A DNA stretch of 60,000 nt from Amphiscolops sp. MND2022 (lineage: Eukaryota): the NCBI GenBank assembly GCA_964187785.1, contig OZ076409.1:77068001-77128000 (forward strand), read 5' to 3'. This document shows, in pieces, positions 35,989-48,700 of the stretch (positions are counted from its first letter, which is position 1; every line of letters starts with the position of its first letter). The notes beneath the pieces were generated by a model, which was given only the letters and a program-made list of their open reading frames with translations, made no database searches and was not told the origin of the DNA. A program made the position numbers and the translations under genes.

Positions 35989-38900
35989 TTATTCCCCAAA
36001 CCTTCTGTCGAAAAACAAAAAAAACGCTTGAATATCCCGTTTTATTACTCCTCTCATTCAATTCCATTATTTAAACAAAAGAAACTGCCCAAAGGAAATG
36101 TGTTAGAAACCCCTCGGCTAGAAATCTTTTCATGCTTGAGCGGGCTAAGGAGGATTTTTCGATGTCGGTTGAGCTGGACAAAATCTGTTTTTTCTCTGGT
36201 TCCTTCACTCAAAACACCTCTGATGCTTTCAGCCTCCTAAATTCGCTGAAAATTCAATGTCTCCCCTCCTCAATGAAATACAATTCGACTCTTCTCACAA
36301 ATGACTTAGACATTGCAAATAGTTTTAGTGAAAACTTCTCTTCGTCATTCAATAGCCAAACTTATCCTTCTTCAGCCCCTCTTTGTCCTTGCGGACATAT
36401 TTGACTCTTGAGGACATATTCTTCATATTTTTCTTGAGGACATATTTGACTTTATGACTATGAAATCAATCTATAGGAAAACCTTGGCAATGAAATCAGC
36501 TTTAACAGTTCTCTTCGATAACCTCCCCCCTCTTCTAATCAAATTATGTCCCGAGTTGTTTGCGCATCTTTTGTTTATTTTGTTCTCTGCTATCATCCAC
36601 ACTTTAGTTTACCCTGATATTTGGTAAACTGCATTTATAAGACCCCCGCATAAATCAGATAGCAAAACAGATATTACCAACTATAGGCCCATTAGCCTAT
36701 TACACAAAATTTCCCTCATTTTCGAAAAGAACATGTTTGACTTCTTGTTTAACAAAATAAAGCATAGTATTACTCCTCGTCAACATGGTTTTCAATCAAG
36801 GAAAAGTGCTGTGCTTCAATTAATTGATTTCCTAGAGACTGCTCGGCTGAAAACTCTCTTAACCGTTACACAGTATACTTGGATTACGCCAAGGCTTTTG
36901 ATAAAGTTCCTTTTGATGTTATATTTCGCAAACTTCGTTTATTTGGGTTAGATGAAAACTTCCTGCATCTTATCAATTCTTTTTCGGCTCAACATTCACT
37001 TATGAAGAGCAACTTGCGAAACATCAGTGTCTTCCAATTAGTCTCCATCTCAAAATGTGGACACTATTTTTACTGCTGGATATACTTGACAGCAAATATC
37101 TGTTTGATCCATTAAATTACATCCAGTTTCAGAATCTGAAGACTACTTCCAGGAGAAAAACAACAAACCCCCTCAAAGTAATTAGAAATTCACACCTTCC
37201 AGAAAGTTCTTTTTTCGCGAGAGCCGTAAACTTTTTCAACTACCTCTACAGGCATGGCATCATAGATTTCAATGATCCAACAAAGAAATCCAATAGAAAG
37301 AAGTTTCTGCTTGCAAAAGATTTTAACATGGATTTAAGATGCAGTTATTATATTTGCTGCTACTGTAGCTCCTGCAGACCACTGTTAAGTCTTTCCTAAC
37401 TAATCTCAGTGTCAATGTTCTTTCCTTGGTGCAAGCCCGTGTCGGGTTGTGCCATTAAAGTTCATCGCACGACCTTTGGGTTGTGGGTTGGGACCTGGAT
37501 ATTTTTATTTTAACGTTGTGCTTGCTTTTGTGTTTTTTAAAATTCATATAAAACATTAACTTATAAAAAAAATGTACTTCATTACTATTCTTGGCTCTGA
37601 AAAGAGAATAAAGTCTTATCTCTCTCTCTCTCATGATGTAGAATGACTGTACAAATTTTCGTTCGAATCGTATGAACAGTTTGTGAGAAAATCGAAAAAT
37701 GACTTTTTTTGGCCATTTTTGGGCTAATTTTGGCTATGTTTCTCACATCCCAGCCATAGGATTTTGATGCCATTGCACATATAGGACTCTAATATGGTGT
37801 AGAATAACTGTAGAAAATTTCGTTCGAATCGTATGGACAGTTTTTGAGAAAATCGAAAAAAGTCGAAAAATGACTATTTTTGGGCCATTTTTGGGTTAAA
37901 TTTGGATATGTTTCTCCCATACCAGCCATACGATTTTTATGCCATTGCACATATAGGACTCTAATATGATGTAGAATATCTGTAGAAAATTTCGTTCGAA
38001 TCGTATGGACAGTTTTTGAGAAAATCGAAAAAAGTCGAAAATGGCTGTTTTTTGGCCATTTTTGGGCTAATTTTGACTATGTTTCTCACATCCCAGCCAT
38101 ACGATTTTGATGCCTTTGCACACGCAGGGGCCCCTTTGGGTGTAGAATGACTGTGCAAAATTTCGTGAAAATCGTATGGACAGTTTTTGAGATATTTGAA
38201 ATTTTCTTGAAAAGGTCGGGAGAAAAAAAAACAGCACGATTGCATAAGTAGTCGAAAATTTTTTCCGACTCCTAAAAATCGAAAAATGAGTGTTTTTCGG
38301 CCAATTTTGGGCTAACTTTGGCTGTTTCTCACATCCCAGCCATACGATTTTGATGCCATTGCACATATAGGACTCTAATATCGTGAAGAATAGCTGTAGA
38401 AAATCTCGTTCAAATCGGATGGACAGTTTTTGAGAAAATCGAAAAAAATGAAAAATCACTGTTTTTTGGTCATTTTTGGGCTAATTTTGGCTGTTTCTCA
38501 CATCCCAGCCATACGATTTTGTTGAAATTACACACAAAGGACCATTTATTCCCCAAACCTTCTGTCGAAAAACAAAAAAAACGCTTGAATATCCCGTTTT
38601 ATTACTCCTCTCATTCAATTCCATTATTTAAACAAAAGAAACTGCCCAAAGGAAATGTGTTAGAAACCCCTCGGCTAGAAATCTTTTCATGCTTGAGCGG
38701 GCTAAGGAGGATTTTTCGATGTCGGTTGAGCTGGACAAAATCTGTTTTTTCTCTGGTTCCTTCACTCAAAACACCTCTGATGCTTTCAGCCTCCTAAATT
38801 CGCTGAAAATTCAATGTCTCCCCTCCTCAATGAAATACAATTCGACTCTTCTCACAAATGACTTAGACATTGCAAATAGTTTTAGTGAAAACTTCTCTTC

Positions 38901-40214
38901 GTCATTCAATAGCCAAACTTATCCTTCTTCAGCCCCTCTTTGTCCTTGCGGACATATTTGACTCTTGAGGACATATTCTTCATATTTTTCTTGAGGACAT
39001 ATTTGACTTTATGACTATGAAATCAATCTATAGGAAAACCTTGGCAATGAAATCAGCTTTAACAGTTCTCTTCGATAACCTCCCCCCTCTTCTAATCAAA
39101 TTATGTCCCGAGTTGTTTGCGCATCTTTTGTTTATTTTGTTCTCTGCTATCATCCACACTTTAGTTTACCCTGATATTTGGTAAACTGCATTTATAAGAC
39201 CCCCGCATAAATCAGATAGCAAAACAGATATTACCAACTATAGGCCCATTAGCCTATTACACAAAATTTCCCTCATTTTCGAAAAGAACATGTTTGACTT
39301 CTTGTTTAACAAAATAAAGCATAGTATTACTCCTCGTCAACATGGTTTTCAATCAAGGAAAAGTGCTGTGCTTCAATTAATTGATTTCCTAGAGACTGCT
39401 CGGCTGAAAACTCTCTTAACCGTTACACAGTATACTTGGATTACGCCAAGGCTTTTGATAAAGTTCCTTTTGATGTTATATTTCGCAAACTTCGTTTATT
39501 TGGGTTAGATGAAAACTTCCTGCATCTTATCAATTCTTTTTCGGCTCAACATTCACTTATGAAGAGCAACTTGCGAAACATCAGTGTCTTCCAATTAGTC
39601 TCCATCTCAAAATGTGGACACTATTTTTACTGCTGGATATACTTGACAGCAAATATCTGTTTGATCCATTAAATTACATCCAGTTTCAGAATCTGAAGAC
39701 TACTTCCAGGAGAAAAACAACAAACCCCCTCAAAGTAATTAGAAATTCACACCTTCCAGAAAGTTCTTTTTTCGCGAGAGCCGTAAACTTTTTCAACTAC
39801 CTCTACAGGCATGGCATCATAGATTTCAATGATCCAACAAAGAAATCCAATAGAAAGAAGTTTCTGCTTGCAAAAGATTTTAACATGGATTTAAGATGCA
39901 GTTATTATATTTGCTGCTACTGTAGCTCCTGCAGACCACTGTTAAGTCTTTCCTAACTAATCTCAGTGTCAATGTTCTTTCCTTGGTGCAAGCCCGTGTC
40001 GGGTTGTGCCATTAAAGTTCATCGCACGACCTTTGGGTTGTGGGTTGGGACCTGGATATTTTTATTTTAACGTTGTGCTTGCTTTTGTGTTTTTTAAAAT
40101 TCATATAAAACATTAACTTATAAAAAAAAATGTACTTCATTACTATTCTTGGCTCTGAAAAGAGAATAAAGTCTTATCTCTCTCTCTCTCATGATGTAGA
40201 ATGACTGTACAAAT
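35100..40214. repeat. Near-identical direct tandem duplication, unit 2557 bp (35100-37656 and 37657-40214), each containing satellite plus a deleted CR1-like 3' half
   Basis: All ORF pairs are offset by exactly 2557 (for example 35962/38519 and 37055/39612), with very few differences. Confidence 0.93.
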
Positions 40215-41816
40215 TTTCGTTCGAATCGTATGGAGAGTTTTTGAGAAAATCGAAAAAAGTCGAAAAATCGCTGTTTTTTTGACCATTTTCGGGCTAATTT
40301 TGGGTATGTTTCTCTCAACCCAATCATACGATTTTGATGCCTTTGCCCACGCAGGGGCCCCTTTGTGTGTAGAATGACTGTGCGAAATTTCGTGAAAATC
40401 GTATGGACTGTTTCTGAGAAAATTGAAATTTTCATGAAAAGGTCGGGAGAAAAAAAACAGCACGATGGCATAAGTAGTCGAAAATTTTTGCCGACTCCTA
40501 AAAAAACAACAACCAACAAACTAATCAAACCAGCCACTATGCAGTCGACCGGTAGAAATTATTTTAAAGCAGCTATGATATAAAGGTCAAAAAATTAGAT
40601 TATATGTAGTAAATTTCTTCGAACGCATCTCTGTCGCTCACAGTCCCTAGAACACAGGCCGCATTGCCGATCTGAAGAGCCTTGAAATCCGTTGCTTCAA
40701 AAAGCTGCCAGCTCGTTGATCGCCGTGCGAACGATAGAGCATTTTACAAAGACGCGTGATGAAAATTTCACTGCTCTCGCCTATCCATCATATCAAGATG
40801 ACATTAACTACTGTAAGACAAATCCATACCATAGGACTTAAAAATTCCAGAGGAATCGACGCAGTTAACTTTTCCAAAGTTTGACCAGCACTATAAAGAT
40901 TCAAGTAAAAACATGAGATCAATGTTGAAAACTATATTCTTTCGGTTTTCGGTCCAAGTTGAACCATTAACTGCCGTTTCTAAAAAAAACAAAGACCAGA
41001 GACACATGTGCGGTAAAGGAGTCGGATTATGACTTTTTCCTTGTGTCATACGATTTATCAGATATCAAGGATCTTCGTCATCAATCAAGTGCCATGTGTA
41101 TCATCATGTTGAGGGGAGAAGACACACACCCGTGGTCTGCAACGAAAGTAGGGAACCCCATACCAGCCACTATACCAGTAGACCAGTAACAAACCAGAGC
41201 CACATATGCGGTAAAGGAGTCGGCTTAATTTTTTTTTCTTCTGACTCGCCCCAATCCAAGTCATAACAGTTTATTGGAATTGCACACATAGGACGATAAT
41301 ATGGTGTAGAAAATGACTGTAAAATTTTCCTTCGAATCGTATGAACAGTTTTAGCAAAAGTCAAAAAAAGTCAAAAAATGGCTGCTTTTGGCCATTTTTG
41401 GGTTAATTTAGGATATGTTTCTCACATCCCAGCAATACGAATTTGTTGAAATTACACACAGAGGACCATAACATGATGTAAAATGACTGTACAAAATTTC
41501 ATTCGAATCGTGTAGACAATTTTTGAGATAATAGAAAAAAAATCGAAAAATGAGTGTTTTTTGGCCAATTTTGGGCTAACTTTAGCTATGTTTCTCACAT
41601 CCCAGCCATACGATTTTGATGCCATTGCACATATAGGATTCTAATATCGTGTAGAATAGCTGTAGAAAATCTCGTTCAAATCGTATGGACAGTTTTTGAG
41701 AAAATCGAAAAAAGTTGAAAAATCACTGTTTTTAGGCCATTTTTGGGCTAATTTTGACTGTTTCTCACATCCCAGTCATACGATTTTGTTGAAATTACAC
41801 ACAAAGGACCATAACA

Positions 41817-44800
41817 TAGTTTCCGATAATTATGTGTGATGATGAAAGTCTGGGCGCTCCGCGCAACAATTCAACAAGCGGTGGAAAAGACTACTATCCA
41901 TCTATTGACGAAATGCTGGCTGCTGACTCAAATGGCTTCAAACGACTGACTGGAAAGCTCACAAAAGACTCAGTTCTTTGACTCCTGCGTGACTTTCTTA
42001 GTCATCTCAAACAAGCTAAGTCAATTTCTGATCGCTTTTCTACATTAGAAAATAAATTAGACACTTTAATTACAAACACTGAAACAAGCCCAGGTGTAAC
42101 ACCCCCTTCTGCTTCATCAGGAAAAAGCACAATGGCCGATATCTTTAAAGCCTCTCTCGATGAAAGAGACTACAATGAGCAAGCTAAAAAAATCATCGTC
42201 GTTTATAACGTTGAAGAAACTAAAGATGTAAGTGGCAATGTTGATCCTACAATTAAGGAAGTATTTGAAAAGATTGAACAAAACACAGTCATGATTGAAA
42301 GTGCTTACAGACTTGGCAAGAAAAGTGAATCCAATACACGTCCTCGCCCCATTGAAGTTAAGTTATCTACTGAATTCGACAAGAGGGAAGTTATTGCTAA
42401 CGCAAGACTGCTAAAAGGATCCAACCTGTTTGTTAAACCCAAACTCCTATAGAAAGAGCGCCTTATCGAGAGAACTTTGCTTAGTCTGCGTTATGAACTC
42501 ACGCAAATTGGTTTTTTCAAGAATCTATTTCGTATTCGAGATCTGAAACTTTTCTACAATGAACATCATATCGACTCCTCATCTCCTGTAAAAGACATCA
42601 TTAAACAGCTTCCCGATCTAAACCCGTTGCTCAGTGACTACCTACTTCTACTAAATGTTGTTCAATCAACACCCGCAGTTTAGTTTCCAGCTTTAAAAGA
42701 CCATCTCTCATCGACTGGACAATGGTTAACTCCGTGGACTTATTTTTCATTACTGAAACATGGTTTCATAACTCTATTGACAGCAAATGTCTTTCCCTTT
42801 TTGGACAGTTTGAATTTCTTTGTCGAACTGACCGAAAAAAAGAATGGCAAGTTCGGATAATATCTGCACTGAAAGAGTTATATATTATAAACAATGAGTT
42901 TCGAGACAAAAATGCTACCGCAGAAAAAGTTCAATCTCTTGGGTTGGACGCAAGATATGCTAAGAAAAGTATGTCTTTTGCTCTAAAAGTAAAATCCGAT
43001 GTGACTGCCAAAGATCAATCAGTTTTTGATGAGTCTACTCTGTTTTCTGGTAGCCATGGCGGTGTGGCAATTTTGGCGAAAAAATCTCTACATTTGCACC
43101 TCATATCATTAGAATTACCAGCCACATATGATTTTGCTTCCCTTCTCATCTGGTTGCAAACCTCTGGTTCAACTCTCATCTTCCTATTGGTCTATCTACC
43201 TCCTTTAACTAGTTCTTACGTCATCTCTATGCAAGAAGTAAGCAATTGTATCGAACATGCTAAAAAATCATCGTCATCGTTGATTCCCTCCGACTATACA
43301 TGCAGTTTTTGTCTACTAGGAGATTTAAATTTGCCTGACACAGATTGGAACTCAATGTATTCAACTTCCTCCTTCGAGAACCAATATCTCGACATATTTG
43401 TATCTCATGGTCTCTCTGCTTCGATCAACATTCTAACTCATAAAGCTGGTAACACTCTTGATAACATTTTGCTTGAGAATGTAAATCAATTTGATGATTT
43501 TATGGTAAATAAAGATCTATTTCTTAGTGATCATTATCCAATTCTGTTCAATTGTTTATCTCAAGCTCTTCTTCGAAGTCTACTCCTCTCGCCAGCTCAT
43601 ATTCTTTTAATTCAGCAAAGGAGATTTCGTCATTTATTGATTCTTGGTCTTATTTCACTTTCACAGATTTTCCTTCGTCTGCAACGGTTGATTCTTTCTA
43701 TTCTCATTTGAACTTTATTATTCCCCAAACCTTCAGTCGAAAAACCAAATACGCTTGAATACCCCGTTTTATTACTCCTCTCATTCAATTCCTGAACATA
43801 AAAAGAAACTGCCCAAAGGAAACGTATTCGAAACCCCTCGGCTTGAAATCTTTTGATGCTTGAGCGGGCTAAGGAGGATTTTTCGATGTCGGTTGAGCTG
43901 GACAAAATCTGTTTTTTCTCTGGTTCCTTCACTCAAAACACCTCTGATGCTTTCAGCCTCCTAAATTCGCTGAAAAATCAATGTCTCCCCTCCTCAATGA
44001 AATACAATTCGACTCTTCTCACAAATGACTTAGACATTGCAAATAGTTTTAATGAAAACTTCTCTTCGTCATTCAATAGCCAAACTTATCCTTCTTCAGC
44101 CCCTCTTTGTCCTTGCGGACATATTTGACTCTTGAGGACATATTCTTCACATTTTTCTTGAGGACATATTTGACTTGATGACTATAGAATCAATCTATAG
44201 GAAAATCTTGGCAATGAAATCAGCTTTAACAGTTCTCTTCGATAACCTCCCCCCTCTTCTAATCAAATTATGTCCCGAGTTGTTTGCGCATCTTTTGTTT
44301 ATTTTGTTCTCTGCTATCATCCACACTTTAGTTTACCCTGATATTTGGTAAACTGCATTTATAAGACATCTGCATAAATCAGATAGCAAAACAGATATTA
44401 CCAACTATAGGCCCATTAGCCTATTACCCAAAATTTCCCTCATTTTCGAAAAGAACATGTTTGACTTCTTGTTTAACAAAATAAAGCATAGGATTACTCC
44501 TCGTCAACATGGTTTTCAATCAAGGAAAAGTGCTGCGCTTCAGTTAATTGATTATCCTAGAGACTGCTCGGCTGAAAAACTCTTCTAACCTTTACACAGT
44601 ATACTTGGATTATGCCAAGGCTTTTGATAAAGTTCCTTCTGATGTTTTATTTCGCAAACTTCGTTTATTTGGGTTAGATGAAAACTTCCTGCATCTTATC
44701 AATTCTTTTTCGGCTCAACATTCACTTATGAAGAGCAACTTGCGAAACATCAGTGTCTTCCAATTAGTCTCCATCTCAAAATGTGGACACTATTTTTACT

Positions 44801-45360
44801 GCTTGATATACTTGACAGCAAATATCTGTTTGATCCATCAAATTACATCCAGTTTCAGAATCTGAAGACTACCTCTAAGAGAAAAACAACAAACCCCCTC
44901 AAAGTAATTAGAAATTCACACCTTCAAGAAAGTTCTTTTTTCGTGAGAGCCGTAAACGTTTTCAACTACCTCAACAGGCATGGCATCATAGATTTCAATG
45001 ATCCAACAAATAAATCCAATAGAAAGAAGTTTCTGCTTGCAAAAGATTTTAACATGGATTTAAGATGCAGTTATTATATTTGCTGCTACTGTAGCTCCTG
45101 CAGACCACTGTTAAGTCTTTCCTAACTAATCTCAGTGTCAGTGTTCTTTCCTTGGTGCGTGCAAGCCCGTGTCGGGTTGTGCCATTTAAGTTCATCGCAC
45201 GACCTTTGGGTTGTGGGTTGGGATCTGAATATTTTTATTTTAACGTTGTGCTTGCTTTGTGTTATTTAAAATTCATGTAAAACATTAATTTATAAAAAAA
45301 TGTACTTCATTACTATTGTTGGCTCTGAAAAGAGAATAAAGTCTTATCTCTCTCTCTCTC
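41817..45360 (+). mobile_element. Decayed CR1/L2-group LINE: ORF1 (about 41832-42690), APE endonuclease (42722-43560), RT with central deletion, (TC)n tail
   Basis: ORF1 IIVVYNVEE...AYRLGK...RPRPIEVKL; APE FITETWF, GGVAIL, VYLPP, LGDLNLPD, NTLD, SDHYPI; RT NYRPISLL, QHGF, YLDYAKAFDKVP; AATAAA then (TC)n. Inserted into the satellite. Confidence 0.88.
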
Positions 45361-45719
45361 AAGATGTAGAATGACTGTACAAATTTTCGTTCGAATCGTA
45401 TGGAGAGTTTTTGAGAAAATCGAAAAAAGTCGGAAAATCGCTGTTTTTTGGCCATTTTCGGGCTAATTTTGGCTATGTTTCTCTCATCCCAACCAAACAA
45501 TTTTGATGCCTTTGCCCACGCAGGGGCCCCTTTAGGTGTAGAATGACTGTGCAAAATTTCGTGAAAATCGTATGGACTGTTTCTGAGAAATTTGAAATTT
45601 TCATGAAAATATCGGTAGAAAAAAAAACAGCACAATTGCATAAGTAGTCGAAAATTTTTTCCGACTCCTTAAAAAAAACAACCAACAAACTAATCAAACC
45701 AGCCACTATGCAGTCGACC

Positions 45720-48700
45720 AGCAGAAATTATTTTAAAGCAGCTATGATATAAAGGTCAAAAAATTAGATTATATGTAATAAATTTCTTCGAACGCATCTC
45801 TGTCGCTCACAGTCCCTAGAACACAGGCCGCATTGCCGATCTGAAGAGCCTTGAAATCCGTTGCTTCAAAAAGCTGCCAGCTCGTTGATCGCCGTGCGAA
45901 CGACAGAGCATTTTACAGATACGCGTGATGAAAATTTCACTGCTCTCGCCTAAAGAACCATGTACTTCCAAGGCCACCGGCTGAAAAATGTATCCATTGT
46001 CTATTAATTCGCTATACTTCTCGATTTTACGCGCTTCAGCCTCGGTGGCGGTGGTTCCCGGGTTGAATTAAGAGCATTCATCTAGGCGACTGGGTTCAAG
46101 AGCATCCACAACCGTGACATCCCACACCAGCTGTTTACCCATTTGCCAAGGAATCATGGGAACACCGTCGGGTGGGCGGAAATAGGTCGAAGGAACGGGA
46201 TTGAAAACCAAATAGTCCTTGGGTCGACATACCAAATTTTGAATGGGATCGGAACAACTCGGATCGAAATTTTGATTTTTGGGAATCAAATCGAATTGCC
46301 GCAGATAGAATTTTCAAGAAAAGTATTGAACGTGTCTCGGATATGTCCCTATTTCCTCTAGTGCCCCGAGGCCCCTTGGGGCCGCTTACGTTCCCATCGT
46401 GCTAAGCGAGGTCGAACAGGAGGGCTACGTGGAATCAGGTCTAATAAAATAGATCTAAGAGAGGAGGCAAAACTGAGATTTGAATAAATTGATCTAAATA
46501 ATCAGGTCTAAAAATCGTCTCTAATTTGATCTTATTTGAGAGCAAAAATTAACAGAAAGTGGCAAGAAAGTTTGCCCCCTCTCTTAGATCTATTTCATTA
46601 GACCTGATTCCACGTAGCCTCACGGATATGTCCCCATTTCCTCTAGTGCCCCGCGGCCCCTTGGGGCCGCCTATATTCCCATCTTGCTAAGCGAGGTCGA
46701 ACAGGAGCAAAGACCTAGCTGGAACGGAGATCGCGAAGCGATCGTAGTGGGAGCTGGTCTTTGTGACGGTGAGGGCGGGCGTGCATACATCGCATATGCC
46801 CCACATTATACTAATTGCTTGGGTCTTATGGAGTTAGATCTAACGGTTAGGTCTAACTTTCAGATCTTATTTTATCTAAAATACTTAGGTCTAACCCCTT
46901 TATAATTTAATATGTGTTCTAAAAGCGAAAATAGTATTTCACAGAAAATAGTATTTCACAGAAAATAGAAAACAGAACACATATTAGATCATAAAGGGGT
47001 TAGACCTAAGTACTTTAGATACAATTAGATCTGAAAGTTAGACCTAACAGTTAGATCTAACTCCATAAGACCCAAGCATTTAGATCAAAGGCGTACACTC
47101 CGAACAGTAGCAAATACCTAGCCGGAACAGAGATCGCGAAGCGATCGTAGTGGGAGCTGGTCTTTGCGACGGTGAGGGCGAGCGTGCATACACAGCATAT
47201 GGCCCACATTATGATAGTCAATCGACTTGAGGCAAACAAAGAACGTTTTCGACCTCTTCGATCCAATTCGACCGATCAAAGAAGGCATCGATCAATATCG
47301 ACCGCATTCCATTCAATCCCTGCATTTCGATCAAAAGGTTCGACCTCTTTCCTTTCGACCAGTAAAACTCGACCTATTTACAGCCACCCAACACCGTCTG
47401 GGCGTTTGCCATCAGTCCACGCTGTTCGTTTATTGAAGGCAAGTCGAGAGATCCCAACGTCTGCTTCATGAGAGAATTGAGAGTAGCATGACGTGAGAAG
47501 CGACCGGCACACTTGGTGCAAGAAAGACTGTGTAAACCGTCCCGTTCAACTTTTTTGCCACAGTGGCACGTATGCGCAAATTTACAGCCACCCAACACCG
47601 TCTGGGCATTTGCCATCAGTCCACGCGGTTCGAGCATTGAAGGCAAGTCGAGAGATCCCAACGTCTGCTTTATGAGAGAATTGAGAGTAGCAGGACGTGA
47701 GAAGCGATCGGCACTCTTGGTGCAAGAAAGACTGTGTAAACTGTCCCGTTCAACTCTTTTGCCACAGTGGCACGTATGCGCAACGCAGATGTTCTCACCG
47801 AGACGTAAACCAATTGAAATTCGAAGTTGCTGATCATCAAGTTTCAGGCCGAGGTTCTTGCAAGGAACGACGTTCAGTCATTGAGACCCGAATTTGCTTG
47901 GATGAGCGTTAAGAATTTTCGAACGTTTTTCATCCATTCTAGAAATCAAATCTTGCGCAATTTTGACGTAGACAGTTCGTGTCCAATTTTTCTGAGTTCC
48001 ATCGAGAGTTCTTTCCTGTTCATTCGTCAAACTCAACCACTTAACAAGCGCTTTTGTAAACGAAACATCTTCGAATGTTTCCGAGAAAATTGTCGTGAGA
48101 ATGTCACTCGCACCAAACGCTGAGGCCAGAAAGCCGGGAAGTGGTAATAATGATGCGGATGAAACCCCAAGACCACACATCTTAGCAAGCAGAGCCAGCT
48201 GAGTACTCGAAATATCGTCGAAGTTCACGTTACACACTTGGGAAACTCCGTTGCGCACGGTTTTGTCATATCGCTCCAAGAGAGTCGGATGATTAAAACA
48301 TGTACTGGTTCTCAGGAAGTACAACAACTTTGGCAAACTGAAGCATATTTTCAACATAAAAAAACATAGTGCGCATCTAATTTTTCAACAATCCCGTTGC
48401 CTCTTTCCAGTTCATTATTTTTTTTCCAATAAGTCTGCTTGTGATTTCGGGACGAGCGGTGAACAAAGAGGGATAAGTTCATCTTTCTTTGGTGTTTTGA
48501 TCCCGGGGCAAGGTTTTTGGAAAGATGCTAACATTTTCTATCGTCGTTTTTCAGTGATGTCACCAGGGAAAAAAATTTCACATTTCGTGGATTTAGTTTT
48601 GAGTCCCAGCGTTCTCTCCGCTTCAACATTTTTTTGAGAACTTTCAAAACGGTTCCGTAATCATCACCTAAAATTCCATCGTCAAGGTACCATAAGTTTA

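Larger units (their letters stand above)
31677..45953. repeat. Tandem segmental duplication: copy A 31677-40783, copy B 40784-45953
   Basis: 31677-32325 matches 40784-41420, and 39.0-40.78 kb matches 44.2-45.95 kb. The junction CTCTCGCCTA|TCCATCATATCAAG is at 40783/40784. Confidence 0.85.

Noticed and set aside
34956..45706. Repeated ORFs such as MASKSYGWDVRN and MQSCCFFFSRPF
   Set aside because: These are translations of the 165-bp satellite and recur only because the DNA is duplicated.
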